Source: Tubulanus polymorphus (taxonomy: Eukaryota; Animalia; Nemertea). From it: a stretch of DNA of 64,000 bases. Below the pieces are notes generated by a model. It saw only the letters and a program-made list of their open reading frames with translations. It was not told where the DNA came from and made no database searches. Position 1 is the stretch's first letter; every line of letters begins with the position of its first letter. The position numbers and the translations under genes are program-made. This document shows positions 49,678 through 61,500 of this stretch, one piece after another. Location: NCBI RefSeq assembly GCF_964204645.1, contig NC_134036.1, forward strand, positions 3,596,001-3,660,000, in the 5' to 3' direction.

Positions 49678-50199
49678 ACACCCAACCTGCAGGGGAACTC
49701 CTATTCATCCATTGCTTAAGCACATTTTGGTTAAAAAAAAATGGTGCCATCTACCGGGCGAGACAGGAACTAGTCCCATCTCAACCCGGTAGATGGCAGA
49801 ACTAAGAGAGGGGATTGGGGTTTTCGCCCAACATGGCGAACAGACGTTCCGTGCTTACTCATGCGTGACGACCAGCATCCTATCATATTTCTAGCATTCG
49901 CCGTGCCAACGCACCGTTCGTAGAAATTAACAGACACATTGATGCGTGGAAATTTACAGTCGTCGCATTCCGTCACATTGATGATAAACATCCTAAAAAT
50001 ATAGATAAGATTTAATAGTTTTGAGGCCACAAACAAGTTAAGTCCAGGTCTCAATCGAGGTACCCCCAAAAATAAGAAGAGGAGTCTCCGATTCCACACG
50101 TATTCTGGCCTCCGCAGTTGTGAGTTAAGGTTCAAAAATGAACTAATTTCAACTGTAGGCCTAGTTCACAACTGTGGAACTGGATCTTGGTGCTAACAT

Positions 50200-51150
50200 G
50201 ATCTGAGGCTTTAACCATGAGATTTTGAATGACCGCAACTTTTCTTTTCAAAATCTGATTGCAGATTCGGAATCAAGCGACCTAAATTTCGAGCAAATAG
50301 AGGAGGTTCGATTTTTGGCCAAAAATGGCAAACAGGAGTTTTTAGGGCAAAAAATGTATTTCAATTTGTACCCCAGAGTTTTTGAGATTATTCAATTCTG
50401 ATTTGAATCAGCACCCCTGAAAAGCAAATCGAAGAGGTCCGAATTTCTGGCCAATAATGATGGCTAAAGTCCAAAATGAGGGTCGGGGTCAAATATTTTT
50501 TGTCTCCGATTTCGATGTAATTTAGTATAGACATGTATTCTGGGGTGCTGATCACAGATCTGAAAGAATTTTTAGGATCCGAGGCCCCAAAAATGAGAAA
50601 TTCGAATTTTTGGGGGGACCCCTAAATTTTCAAAAGGCCTTGGACCCCAGACTTTTCGAGATATTCAAAATCTGTTTGCAGATATGGAATCAGCACCCCT
50701 GAAAATAGTAAGGACTAAAATTTTAAGCAAATCGAAGAGATTCGATTTTTTGACCAAAAATGGCAAAAATCCTAGGTGTAAGTCCAGGAGTTTTTTTTCG
50801 GCGAAAAATTTTTTTTCTCTGATTCCTTCGAAACTTGGTAGGTAAATGTATTTTTGGGTGTAGATTCGGGATCTGCAATCAGATTTTGAATCGGAATTCA
50901 TCTTCATGACCAATTCAGGGTTTTAATGGCCAAAATATGCACCCCAAAAATGGGGTACGAAGTCGAAAATTGTTTTTAGCCCTATTTTATTAAAATTCAA
51001 TACAGACATGTTTTTTGGTGTGCTGATCACGAATATGAAGTTAGTTTTTGGATCCAATGCCCCCAAAATGAGATATTCAGGATTTCGAGTTTTGACCCCT
51101 AATAAATTACGTCTCTAATTTTGTTGAAATTCGGTCCAGAAATACGATTT
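50200..51150. repeat. Complex repeat with alternating direct and inverted subrepeats (probable non-autonomous DNA transposon remnant)
   Basis: GAATCAGCACCCC-type motifs (~50270, 50405, 50687) alternate with reverse GGTG(TG)CTGATCAC motifs (~50544, 51017); AGCAAAT.GA.GAG.T.CGA.TT blocks occur three times. Confidence 0.6.
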
Positions 51151-52510
51151 TTCATTTAATGATGCCAAGTATTCAATTAATTTTTAAGGTAGAAATTTAT
51201 ACTCTTACTAGAACCCTGAATTACAATTCCTGCAAAGCAATTACGCCGCTGCAAAAAACTCAATTGACGATTCTAAAAAAATTCAGTGTAAACAGTATGT
51301 TTACATATAGATAAACTGCTTTCTCGGTAATTGTTTTTGCAACTTAACGAAATTCAGTATTACGTGGTTTTAAATCGAAGACGAGCCGGACTATCGATAT
51401 CTCTCGATTGAAATGGAATGTTTATGAAATAAGTCTTTACAAAAGAAACCGGTGAATTTTGTACGAATCGATTATTGAGCCGAACTCGAGCCCTTTCACC
51501 GAACATAACGCATTCGGACCGATTATCGATAGCAAATTCTATTGACGCGCACGGTGCGATTTGGGTTCGAGTCCCGTTTATCCACACGCGCAGCGGGTAA
51601 GCAGTTTGCGTAGGTATCACGGGCACGATGATTTGGGTTCGAGTCCCAATTTTATAAGAAACGCAATTGTATCATCGTTTAAGAAAGGTTAACATCATTG
51701 GAATTTACCGTCAAGAACATAGCAGAGAATAAATACCTATGACCTAGTAATTTCATCGATAATTTGATCCGTTGAATTAGTTCGCAAACCCTGGTTTGAA
51801 ATCCATAGAAAAGAATATTTTGCATAAGAGCACGTTCTAACGAATTCCGCCATATCTTTAACATTGTTTGACAGTTCAAATGAAATTTCATATTCACCTA
51901 CGACGCAAAAATCACATCCATTATTAAAATGGCTTTTAACTCGTCGAATCGACCATCATCAAAACGTCAACAATACAATTTCACAGTTTACAATTGAAAT
52001 AATAGTTACCTTTTGACTTTGTCCCTGTTCAAATCCGGCCTGAATGGTGGAAATGGTCCAGTAATCCCGGTCTAGAGTATCCTTACTAAATAGTTTGAGC
52101 ACTTTGTTAAACGGATCGCCAGCAGTGAAATCCACAAAACTTGTAATCATTGATCGGCGCATAAGAAGTGGAGCCCTCGAGGAGAATCGTGAAGGTAAGC
52201 GCTGCGCGTATGGACGTCCGAGGAGGCGCTAACAACGATATTCCGAAGATCGAAGGTTTTCCCGATCGATGGTACGCGTCATTGCTAAAATAATATCGAT
52301 ATGTTGAAACCTCCCCGCCATCTATAATTTGGTTCGGATGGTCGGTCGTCAGGAAAACGGTTTCACACAAGCCATCTAGCCACACGCGTACGCCATCTAG
52401 CGGATTTCTGAAAATTATAAGATGAAATGGATCTCGATAGAAATAGAGACTTAGTACAGGATCTATCGAAGATGTAAATCGACGGGTTAACTTACTATTA
52501 GTTACGCGCA

Positions 52511-55500
52511 TCAAACCAACATCCACTGCATGATACATGTGTCCACACCGCCCACTGTTATGATGTATCGGCTATCACGAGTGAAACAGGAATTCTGCAG
52601 GAAGCAAGGACCTTTATACGTGTGACAAAACACCTGTAAAAAACAATAGATACTTAACGTTAAATTTCGAGTCGAAAAGATAAGTGTATCGCACTCAATT
52701 TGTGAGCGATGCTATTGATGAATATACGAGAGATAGGGGGGGGGGGATCGGGAGTAGTAAGGTGTTGATTGACTTGATACAAGTTTCGAGAAAAAATCGT
52801 TGAATCCCCGTCGATGATACCAACACTCTGTCCGTGTTGAAACGATGAACGATTAGAAATACCGCACTCGGAAAGTAATTAAAAGAATCCGAAATAATGT
52901 TCCCTGGGGCCAATGGATTTTTCTCAATAGTTTCGACTCTGATGCTGATAATAGTCATTTTCAGGAATACTATACTCCTGAAGATGACTAGGATATAGTC
53001 GAAATGTCGCGAGAAAAAAATCATCAGCAGGAGGAAAACCTCGTCCTTTTCTCTTTAATTCTGAGCGTGGAATTTTCGATTTCATTTTCGCTTCTGGCAA
53101 CTGATCTATGATGTAGATGTACGCCCGGACTCGCTCGCAGGTGAAAACGCTAGGTTCACAGAGGCCATCAAACCCGGCTGATTCACACGGGAATTCGCGA
53201 CTCGTAAACTCCGAACTAGATTCTCCGACCCACGATTAAACGACCACGCTAAACCGTATAGATATTTTATTTCTGGAAATTTTATTCATTTATGCCCGAC
53301 GACCGTGATCTTCATCGACGACGTCACAGTTGGCGCGTTTTTTTACGTCACTAGATTTAAATACCAATCAAAATCTATTAGAATTAGAATTCAGTTTAGT
53401 AGGCCTACCTTGTCAAATTAGATTTGATTTCACTAATCACAATTTGCTAGTCACGTGTAATCTAATCAAATAAGATTTGCACAACAAGATGAATTTGACG
53501 CCTTGTTCCAAACGGCTGACAAGAAAATACTGTCCCACTTTTCAAAATATATTTCCTATAATTGAGTTTCAGGTTTCTCTTTCAGTTTTGCCATTTATAT
53601 CAGTTTTTCGAAAAAGATTTGTGAGTCTACCATCTTCAAATCGTATCAAATCACCTTTGGAGGTGATTTGATTATTTCACAAATCGATTTGAATTTGATG
53701 CCGTGTTCAATTCAAAAATGAGACCGAATCAAATTTGATTATGACAAGATAAAAACGATTTTACTTAAAAGCAAATTTAATTTGACGTGATAAATTCCAG
53801 GCAGGGAAATATCAAAGAAAGGTGATAAAGGGAATGAATTGCCATCTCAGCTTTGATTATTTTCCTTGAGTGGTCCGGTCTTAAGAGGGTTTGATAATCA
53901 TTCCGTTTTATATCATTGACGTGGCATACAATTTTTAGGATTTAAGAATTTATAGTTTAGTGTTGATTCAGTATCGGCATCCCTGTTGCTATCAGAAAGA
54001 CATCTAAATAACTCTGACAATCTATAATTCTTTTTCATATTTCAAATTAAAGTTCATGTTATTTTATATTCATAGTCTTACAGTTCATTTTTGCTTTGAT
54101 GTTGTTATAAATGGTTTGAAAAATCTCTTGAAATCTTGAATAAGTGAATGGCTACTGATCCGGAAAACTGCTGTGACCTAAAACGTCCACCATTGACTGC
54201 ACTGCCTGCAGAAAAGACGGCTTCACCCGCGGCCGAATCGAGCAAAAAATAGAATTTCCTTTTCAAAATTATCTCGATTTCCAAGTGAACAACTTAATAA
54301 ACTGCTTTCGGAAAACTCGCATCGTCGCGATGTAAATGAAAAAGTTGATACAGTAAATGAATTGGCGAAGAATAGCACACAACCTTTCAAAATCCGACCA
54401 TAGCATTCCAAAAAAATAGTTAAAAAATTTGATATCTGGTTTATGACCAGTGTATCGATAATACAATTTCTGTACAAAACTGTTGAATGAACTTAAGAAG
54501 TTAAAAATTGCGTGGGGCAAAACTAGTACAATATAAACAATAACTACGACTAGCAGAGTTTTACTGGCTGAAGATTTCTGAGTACGATCAGTTTTAGTTC
54601 TGAGCGGATACGCGGATTTCTTAGCGCGCCATACAGCAGTTAGAACTGACGCGATAACAATAACCACACCGGCAAATATATCTTCAATAAATACACTGAT
54701 AAATGGACGTGTTTCCCTCATTAGGGCAATGTTGCTTCGGGTAAAGTGACGGGTTAATGTTTTCGAAATAGAACACGACCACCGATAATAGGTTACGTTG
54801 GAACGGCGGCTGAAATATTCTATACGGCGAACATCGCTATACCAAATATTGAAAACCATTTGTACGGCGTACGACCACAAGACGACAACAACCACCGCTA
54901 TTTTACACCAAGTGGCGCTAAAATTTTTCATGTGAAAGAAAGGAAAACGAATCGAAACAAATCTTTCGATAGCGATCACCAGCACTATGTAGTTACATAT
55001 CATTACAGCTTCTTCTACGAAAAGTATATTCAGAAAACAGTAGGGAATCCATTGTTCGAGAATATGGTGAAAATAGTAATAAACATAGTAAATATTTGGA
55101 CATTGATCTATGAGTTTTGCGAATGACATGAGATACGTATTGCACCGGGTCAATCTAACCCGCGTGAGGAAGGCTACCAGGTTTGCGGCGAAATGTTCAG
55201 TCACATTATATAGCACGACAATCTGATCGCAGACGGCTAGAGTTATGAGATAGGGGAACGTGTAACGAACCGACTGATACCTTCTACATTTGATCAGTAA
55301 AATAATCGTCAGAAAGTTAAACACGCTGCCCAGCGGATACATGAACACCGACCTGGCCAGAGTGTTCCAATCGCTGTAGAATCGCACTTTTATGGCGAAT
55401 ACTTTCCAAGGCGGGTGGGTCCTGTAGGTGTAGCTCCGTCGAGTCGTCGCGATGGCGATACCGGTGAAGTTATCCATCACGACGTGAGACTGTCCTGTGA

Positions 55501-58500
55501 GCTGTAGCAGAGATACAGAACGAAAAGTGATTTCTACTTCTCCAGCTGCTGCTGCTGCTGCTTCTGAACGACAAACCGCAGGGCACGACTCACACACCTA
55601 TACTTATTTCCATAGGCAGTCTACGTTACGCGTGAATAGCGAGTATGCGATATTTTCATATGTACAGATCTAAAAATGTCCGCTTCCACGAACCTACATA
55701 AGCACTGCGTGATACACTTATACAAAACTGTCGCCTTCTGCAAGCAACTTCAGCACATGATGTGGGGTACTGAATCGCGAAACCAATCCTTATCGTTATT
55801 GCGCCGTCGATTTCGACAACTCAGACACCAGATCAGTGATGTACGCCCGGACTCGCTCGCAGGTGAAAACGATACGTTCAGAGATGCCATCAAACCCTGC
55901 TGATTCACACGGGAATTCGGGACTCGCGATCTCCGTAATAGATTCTCCGACCCTTCGATTAAACGACCACGCTGAACCGTATAGACATTGTATATCTGAA
56001 CGTGGCTAGGCTGTTCTCGATATTTCGCACGAGCCGAATAGGCAAATTAGCTGAGAAATCGAACTTTGATCTTTTGAATGAAATCCTTTGAAGCCAAACG
56101 AAATATATACCTTGTTTCTCATCACGGCCCGCATCGAAAACGAAAAAAATTACGTTTAAAAACGTTAAAAAAACTAAAATCAAATAAAGTGACGAATAAA
56201 ATCTACTACAAAATAGAATCCGCACGACCGCGTGTGTTATGAGTTGATTCTTGCTCGTTTTGGTTTGTTTTTTGCACTTTTTTATCGGTTTTTCTGACTT
56301 TGAGTTACAGTCGGTATTGATAATGAAAGAGAGATACTCGCAAACGCTTGTGTAACATTTCTTAGTAACAACCACCGGTCGTTAAGCCCGGCGACGGTAC
56401 AGCAGTGGAGTTGGAAGTTCGTGAAATCGAATCGTAAGCCCGAGCTTGAATGAAAGAGGGTGAGCTGCTCTATCCGTCGTAGCTTGAAGCCTCGGTAATG
56501 CCCGACGATCATAGCAATTCACAGTTGGTGCTCCTTTTCTTGACTAAATCCAAAAATCTATCAAAATCTACTAGAATCAGAATTTAGTTTAGTACTCTCG
56601 CCGTTGTCCCCCGAAAAAGGGGTCCGTAACGTCTGGTGTTAAGACTAAATTAGAATGGTGCCCATTCCAGGCAGGGAAGTATCGAAGACTGGTTATTTAT
56701 CTTGAGTGGTCTGGTCTTAAGAGGGTTTGATAATCATTCCGTCTTATATCATTGACGCAGCATAAAATTTGTATCAGTATACCAGGGATTCACAAATTTA
56801 TAGTTTAGTGTTGATTCAGCTATCAGAAAGACCTCTAAATAACTCTGACAATAAAAGAAAGTAACTTCATTCCTACAATGTATATAATTATTTTCAGATT
56901 AAACATTAAAGGTCATTCCCTTTTATATTCATAGCCTTGCAATTCATTTTTGCTTTGATGTTGCTAAAAATGGTTTGAAAAATCTCTTGAAAACAATAAG
57001 TGAATCGCTACTGATCCGGAAAACTGCTGTGACCAAAAACGTCCACCATTGACCGCACCGCCTGCAGAAAAGATGGCTTCACCCGCGGCCGAATAGAGCA
57101 AAAATAGAATTTCATTTTCAAAATTATCTCGATTTTCAAGTGAACAACTTAATGAACTGCTTTCTGAAAACTCTCATTGTCGCGATGTAAATGAAAAAGT
57201 TGATACAGTAAATGAATTGGTGAAGAATAACACACAACCTTTCAAAATCCGACCATAGCATTCGAAAAAAATACTTAAAGAATTTGATATCTGGTTTATG
57301 ACCAGTGTATCGATAATAAAATTTGTCTACAACCAAGTTGAATGAACTTAAGAAGCTAAAAAACGCGTGCGGCAAAACCAGTACAATATAAACTATAACT
57401 ACGAATAGCAGAGTTTTACTGGCTGAAGATTTCTGAGTACGATCAGTTTTAGTTCTGAGCGGATACGCGGATTTCTTAGCGCGCCATACAGCAGTTAGAA
57501 CTGACACGATCACAATAACCACACCGGCAAATATATCTACAATAATTACACAGACAAATTGAAGTGTTTCTCGCATTGGGAACAAGTTGCTTTGGGAAAA
57601 GTGACGGGATAATATTTTCGGAATAGAACATGACCACCGATAATAGGTTACGTTGGAACGTAAGAATAAGTTGACGTTCTATGCGGCGAACATCGCTATA
57701 CCAAATATTGAAAACCATTTGTACGGCGTACGACCACAAGACGACAACAACCACCGCTATTTTACACCAAGTGGCGCTAAAATGTTTCATATGAAAGAAA
57801 GGAAAACGAATCGAAACAAATCTTTCGATAGCGATCACCAGCACTATGTAGTTACATATCATTACAGCTTCTTCTACGAAAATTATATTCAGAAAACAGT
57901 CTGGAATCCATTGTTTGGGAATATGGTGAAAATAGTAATAAACATTGTAAATATTTGGACATTGTTTTTTGAGTTTTGCGAATGACATGAAATACGTATT
58001 GCACCGGGTCAATCTAACCCACGTGAGGAAGGTTACCAGGTTTGCGGCGAAAAGATTAATCACATAATGCAGCACGACAATCTGATCGCAGACGGCTAGA
58101 GTTATGAGATAGGGGAACGTGGAACGAACCGACTGATACTTTCTACATTTGATCAGTAAAATAATCGTCAGAAAGTTAAACACGCTGCCCAGCGGATACA
58201 TGAACACCAACCTGGCCAGATTGTTCCAATCACTGTAGAATCGCACTTTTATGGCGAATATTTTCCAAGGCGGTTGGGTCCCGTAGGTGTAGCTCCGTCG
58301 AGTCGTCGCGATGGCGATACCGGTGAAATTATCCATCACGACGTGAGACTGTCCTGTGAGCTGTAGCAGAGATACAGAACGAAAAGTGATTTCTACTTCT
58401 CCAGCTACGGCTGCTTCTGAACGACAAACCGCAGGGCACGACTCACACACCTATACTTATTTCCATAGGCAGTCTACGTTACGCGTGAATAGCGAGTATG

Positions 58501-61500
58501 CGATTTCATATGTACAGATCTAAAAATGTCCGCTTCCACGAACCTACATAAGCACTGCGTGATACGCTTATACAAAACTGTCGCCTTCTGTAAGCAACTT
58601 CAGCACATGATGTGAGGCACTGAATCGCGAAACCGATCCCTATCGTTATTGCGCCGTCGATTTCGACAACTCAGGCACCAGGACAACATCTGGATGATTA
58701 GCGTTTAGAAATGTTACCATGTCAGGTTCCGCGTGAACGCGTATTCTAATCGTCTTTGCTTCACTTTCCGTGTTAACCAGCTCGGTGCGATGCGCTGAAT
58801 CTAAGATGGCGGATGCAAAAGCGGGAGTGCGGGCAGAAGGGAGAATGGGTGAGGTTGTGATGTAATTGGTGAGAATTAAAAAAGCATTTTTCTAGCCTAT
58901 GACCAATGCATAATTCAACCTCAAATGATGCCGGAAAGACGTACTAAGCATTCTATTTCATAGTAAAAATTGAAGAACTTACCCCTTTTCCTACGCAAGG
59001 ATGTTTGTATAAACTGACGTAACCGTTTGAATTGCCCATCGCTATCAGCTTATTGTTGTGACTGACCGACAGTGTGGTCACATCGCCTTCCTTCGCCGGT
59101 TTACTGCTCCAGATACCTGCAAGAAGAGAAAATGCGGATATGACAGAAATGAAATGGTGAAATGGCTATCGAATGTAACTGAGCATGTGGCGGATAAATT
59201 AAAGAAAATCACCTCAAAATGATGATATCTTAAGTTCGAGAAACTTAAAGTAAAGTAACGTTTAAATAAAGTAACTGTTTCTGTGAAGGTGGGATTTAGA
59301 TAAATCACGAAATTATCAGAAATACACTTTAGATGGCATCAATAGTGCATTTCATTTCATTAGATTTTTTTTTGTAATTTCTGTCGTTTACATTGTTCTT
59401 CAACGTATATTACAACCAATTATTGCAGAAAACTATATTCAAGCCTTCTTTCGTAATAGAGCTCATTGATAATATCTGTTGAGACCTAATTGGAAAATTT
59501 GTCAATTCTATGTTGTATTTCTATTTTTCTACAATAAAGACTTCAATAGGGCATTTGCTGAGAACATATCTACTGAAGAAAATATTGCATTGTACGTGAT
59601 ATGAACGAATATACAAAGACGATAATTTATTATAGAAATACCGGTACCATTTTTCAACGGTATCAAATTTGCGACAATCATACCTGATACGTTATAAGCC
59701 AATCTGCAATTATTTGAAGCCCATTTCGTATTCTTACTACCTTCGAGTTTCACCAGTTCACACGTATCCGTACGATCTAGAATTAGGCAAAATAATCCAG
59801 GTCACTCAGCGGTGTAGTGTAGAACTTACCGGTAAAATACCTACATCAATATTAGGGCCCGTTGATAGGACATGCTTGAGATTCGTTTTAAGACCAGGGG
59901 CCAGTTGCACAGTCGTGACTTCAGTCCAAAAGTGGACTTAAATCTTAAGACTGGTCTTAAGTTAATAGAATAGCTATAGAACTAAGTTGGTCTTAGACTG
60001 GTCTTAAGTCTAAGCCATGACTATGCAACCGGCCCCTGGCTCTTAACACAATCCAAGACCAGTCCCAAGATTTCAGGCCACTTTCGGACCCTAGTCACGA
60101 CTGTGCAACTGGGCCTTGGTATTTGAAATTTAACAGGCGATTTGTGGCAGTTTCGGATGGCGGTGATGCAGGAAATTATGATGAAAAGCGCAGGGGCTCG
60201 TATCAGAGTTGAAGTTAGTGTTAAAACCGTACCAGTTGATCATGCATCTAAGACATGCTAGAATGTCGTCTTATATCATCAAAGACACAGATTAACAGAT
60301 TATCGTTTCGACAGTACCCACAACTCTGAATGAAACGAGCTCCTGTGATAAAAATAATTGACAATCACAGTTGTTTTTGGGGAAGTCGTTACACTAAAAT
60401 CGTATTAAGGTAAAATTTCGTAAATGATTTTACACTTACAGACATTGAGTTCCATACTGTACGAGCTTGTTCGTATAAGCCACGCGCCATTGCGTTCGTC
60501 TATACGCTCAGACCAGTCGATTGCGTTGATATACCCTGTTGCGCCCTGTTCAAATATCAACGAGATTATTCATGACAAGTAGCGGGTGGTGGTTGGTACG
60601 GTAATTCACCTATAGATGTCGTACGTGTGCGTGCACTTCTTGTAACTAATTCAAGGTCAAAATAAACTTCACTTTCTTAAAAAAAGAAGTTATGCTTCAT
60701 GCAATCCGTAAAAACCGTCTGAATTTTGATAGGCTACCTTTGGTAACCTAATTTCATATTACAAAAGATCCAACAACCCAATTAGCTAAATTCACCAAAA
60801 TAGGCTTAGGTATCCCTCAAATAGTTGATATATCATGAATAGCGATCGTATGTTTTGTTAATAACTTTGTCATATTTTATCAAGAATAGTTTATATTTTC
60901 TGTTGTTTTGTAAATATTGTATATCGTTTAATAATCTGCCACCATATACCATGGAAATGGTTGAAGTGTAAATAAATCCATAATTCCTAATGTTTGTGGT
61001 CAAGGGCAAAACAAAAATACGCGTCTCATTCACGATAACGAAAATAACTTTTTAAAACTGTTTTGAAAATGGCTCATACTAATTCGTCGAAACCTCACAT
61101 TCTCACAGTTTTTCTGAAATCGTGGGTTTGTCAATGGCAGATTCTAGTGGCGTGTATTCCACTTACCGTACATGTACCCGTGGCTTGCCACGCTAATACT
61201 GTTTCGAGATCCCCACTGGGTGTCTCCTGCTGCATCTCGACCAGAGAAGCGATGCACACCGTATTGTTGAAGAACCCCATCGCAACTTGTTGCGTGTCTG
61301 GTGAGATTCTCACGACGCTCGGTTTCTGTAAATGTAATAAATTCGATCGTTCGCCGAAACCTTTTTTTCGCGATATCCCTTAGAACACGACGTCCCGAAC
61401 GTGGACGAAATGCTGGGTAGAATTCGTAATCTCACCCGCGGCCCGCGCGAAGCGTTCCCCGCACATATCAGTGATTTAGAAATTTTCAGAGGTTCGTTTT

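Larger units (their letters stand above)
53117..58680. repeat. Tandem segmental duplication (~2.7-2.85 kb units; junction ~55830)
   Basis: GATGTACGCCCGGACTCGCTCGCAGGTGAAAAC occurs at 53117 and 55838; similarity ends at ~55830 and ~58680. Confidence 0.9.

Noticed and set aside
51555-51650. Two GATTTGGGTTCGAGTCCC B-box-like copies ~72 bp apart
   Set aside because: No cloverleaf or A box; treated as a local direct repeat.
52107-52538. 143-aa minus-strand ORF
   Set aside because: Overlaps the EML last exon in another frame and runs into its 3' flank; no recognisable domain.
55478-55597. 40-aa N-terminal extension of the nested GPCR in the ORF track
   Set aside because: Starts at GTG and spans a probable 5'UTR intron (GTGAGT...CTACAG).
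58876-58896. Short terminal exon (ARKMLF*) for the EML-like gene
   Set aside because: Weak acceptor; the exon at 52633-52511 supplies the expected final WD blade.
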